A DNA stretch of 64,000 bases, from positions 19,902,001 to 19,966,000 of the forward strand of contig CM059443.1 in assembly GCA_030390025.1 (NCBI GenBank), read 5' to 3'. The position numbers and the translations under genes were made by a program. The notes under the pieces were generated by a model. That model saw only the letters and a program-made list of their open reading frames with translations, had not been told where the DNA came from and ran no database searches. The stretch comes from Squalus acanthias. Taxonomy: Eukaryota. Every line of letters starts with the position of its first letter. Within the stretch, counting starts at the first letter, position 1. Below, piece by piece: positions 62,015 through 64,000 of the stretch.

Positions 62015-64000
62015 GAATAAAATGTATTAAAAGAAGAATAATTTGCAATTTAAATTTCTATACCCATTAAGTCCAAATGTTGTTAACCTTTACAGAAAGC
62101 AAGCCTTTTATAGTTTCGTTTTGCCTGCAGCTGTGTTAAACCTCAAACTTAAACACTGAGACTAGATCCTTCCTCTCTGCACTGTTAGCATAAGAGTTCA
62201 AGCTTTGGTCAAGTTGCATCACAGAAATAGATGGTTTGAATGTGAATTTGCCAACTAGTGCAGTCCTGTAATATAAAACAAACGTTAAAAAATGGGTTTC
62301 TGTAACTTTTAAGTGAACGCAGTCTTGGCACAGGTTGTAGCCAGCTTTGGTTAAGACTGAACATATGTGGTATGTGACATTGCGCTTTTGGAGACAATAC
62401 TAGTTCATGACCGGACACTAATGATATTGCCAGATGCGTCTTGACGCAAATACAAAGAAGTCACAGTTAAAAACACCTGTTTACCCTTTCTGCCATCAAG
62501 TCATGAGTCTTGCTGTGGGTTATTTGGTCAAACCATGGTTAATATAATTCATGTTGGAGATTCTGTGAACCAGGTGACTGATGCAGATTTCAATGTCACA
62601 TTGATGTACTAAATACCTAGCAAAAGGACAGTGAGAAATTAAAAAAAAAAAGTTATCATGAATTTTAAAATGGCTTAAAGACTGATTTGGATGCAATAGT
62701 TTGGCAATTCGTAAAGATCATGTATGTCAAGGTATCTAGGTAGGTAGTGAAAAAATAAATATAAACTAGGTAGAAAGTGGAAATACTATCTACATCATTT
62801 TACCTATGAAACATAACCAGACTGTACCTTTCTGTATTATTTTTGTACTACAATTATTGTTTTATAAGTCCCAACCCCTTTTACTCCTTTGAAACTGGAA
62901 CCCAATCCAGTCCCTTCTAATCTTATACAGCAATCCTTACTGTGAATAGAAATTCTGGTGTCTGTTGGGACTTGATCAAGCAGGGAGTAGCTGAATTTCC
63001 CTTCTGCAGAATGGACTTAATTATGAGGAAAAGCTTTTTTATTTACTCTTAGCAAAATGTAAAGATGATAAATTGGAGCAGTATTCATCATAACACAAAT
63101 AGCATTGTAGCTAAGTAAGCATTAACATTGCCAAAAATAGTAGCTAACAGATGCAGCATAAAGTACAGTTGGAATTTAAATGTTAATGTTAAAAATCCAT
63201 TCCAGTAATGATTGGCAAGAAAATTGTAAATGATTAGGAGCCGAATCAGACCAATCAATTAAAAACCATTTGCAGATGGTGCTTACTTGAGTCAGAGGAT
63301 TCATAGATGTGAAATGTTCATTCCACAAAGACTGGAGAGAAGTTAACGAACTAACATGGCACAATCAAAAGGCTTTGTTATTTACTCTGCTTGCTCATTT
63401 ATTTCAGTATTTTTCTTTCTTGTAGAGTGAAATGTATTTTACCAAGCATGCAGATACAGACGTGCACATTTTTCAAATACAAAGTCATTTCTTTTTTTCT
63501 TTGGTGTTTAATAAATTCCTTAATAATTATTATGCCATTTCTTTCTGTCTTATGTCATCTCCATGCGACTTGCAGTGCCAGAACAATGTTTGGGACTTCT
63601 ATTTTGGCACTTGCTCATGCTGGCACTCAGCTACAGGCTATGTACACAGTGCTCAAGAAGCGACCTAAAATGGCTGCCAAAAGCTTTTTTGTACTTGAAA
63701 TGGCAGCCAAGAACGTTGTGGCAGGGAACTGCAGCCAAGATTTGATTAAAAAGCAAACTTGAATTATTTAAAGTAGAGGGAATAGTTAGGTTAACAAAGG
63801 AAGAAATTTGGCTCCAGTTACTTGATCGGATTTAAATATTTATGACATGCTAACAAAAATTGAAAAAAAAAGTGGATTGCAGTCAAGCAAGGCGAGCAGG
63901 CATCTAACATTAAGCTGACGTTCCGTTTATGATGAAAAGACTCCAGTTGTACAGTAAACTCCAAATCAAACTTCAGTTTAAACTTCAGAGAAATCTGCTT

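Overview
Vertebrate nuclear DNA. The repeat complement (CR1 and L2 LINEs, DeuSINE/SacSINE1-type SINEs, Penelope-like elements, GC-rich TIR elements) points to a cartilaginous fish, most likely a shark; this is an inference from remembered repeat families, not a database result. The window looks intronic or intergenic. I cannot support any host protein-coding exon, tRNA, rRNA or CRISPR array. The long ORFs in the track are broken LINE reverse-transcriptase fragments, a Penelope GIY-YIG endonuclease tail, or chance ORFs. The most interesting signals are: (1) minimal hammerhead-ribozyme motifs in Penelope-like insertions with long target-site duplications (TSDs), one with an intact catalytic core at 61386-61422; (2) a PIF/Harbinger-type family seen as MITEs with 3-bp TSDs plus three degraded Myb/SANT-like ORF remnants and no visible transposase; (3) two LF-SINE-like copies; (4) a candidate recursive splice site at 52147-52154; (5) minisatellites, one apparently born from LINE coding sequence. 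Boundaries of old, decayed repeats are approximate.
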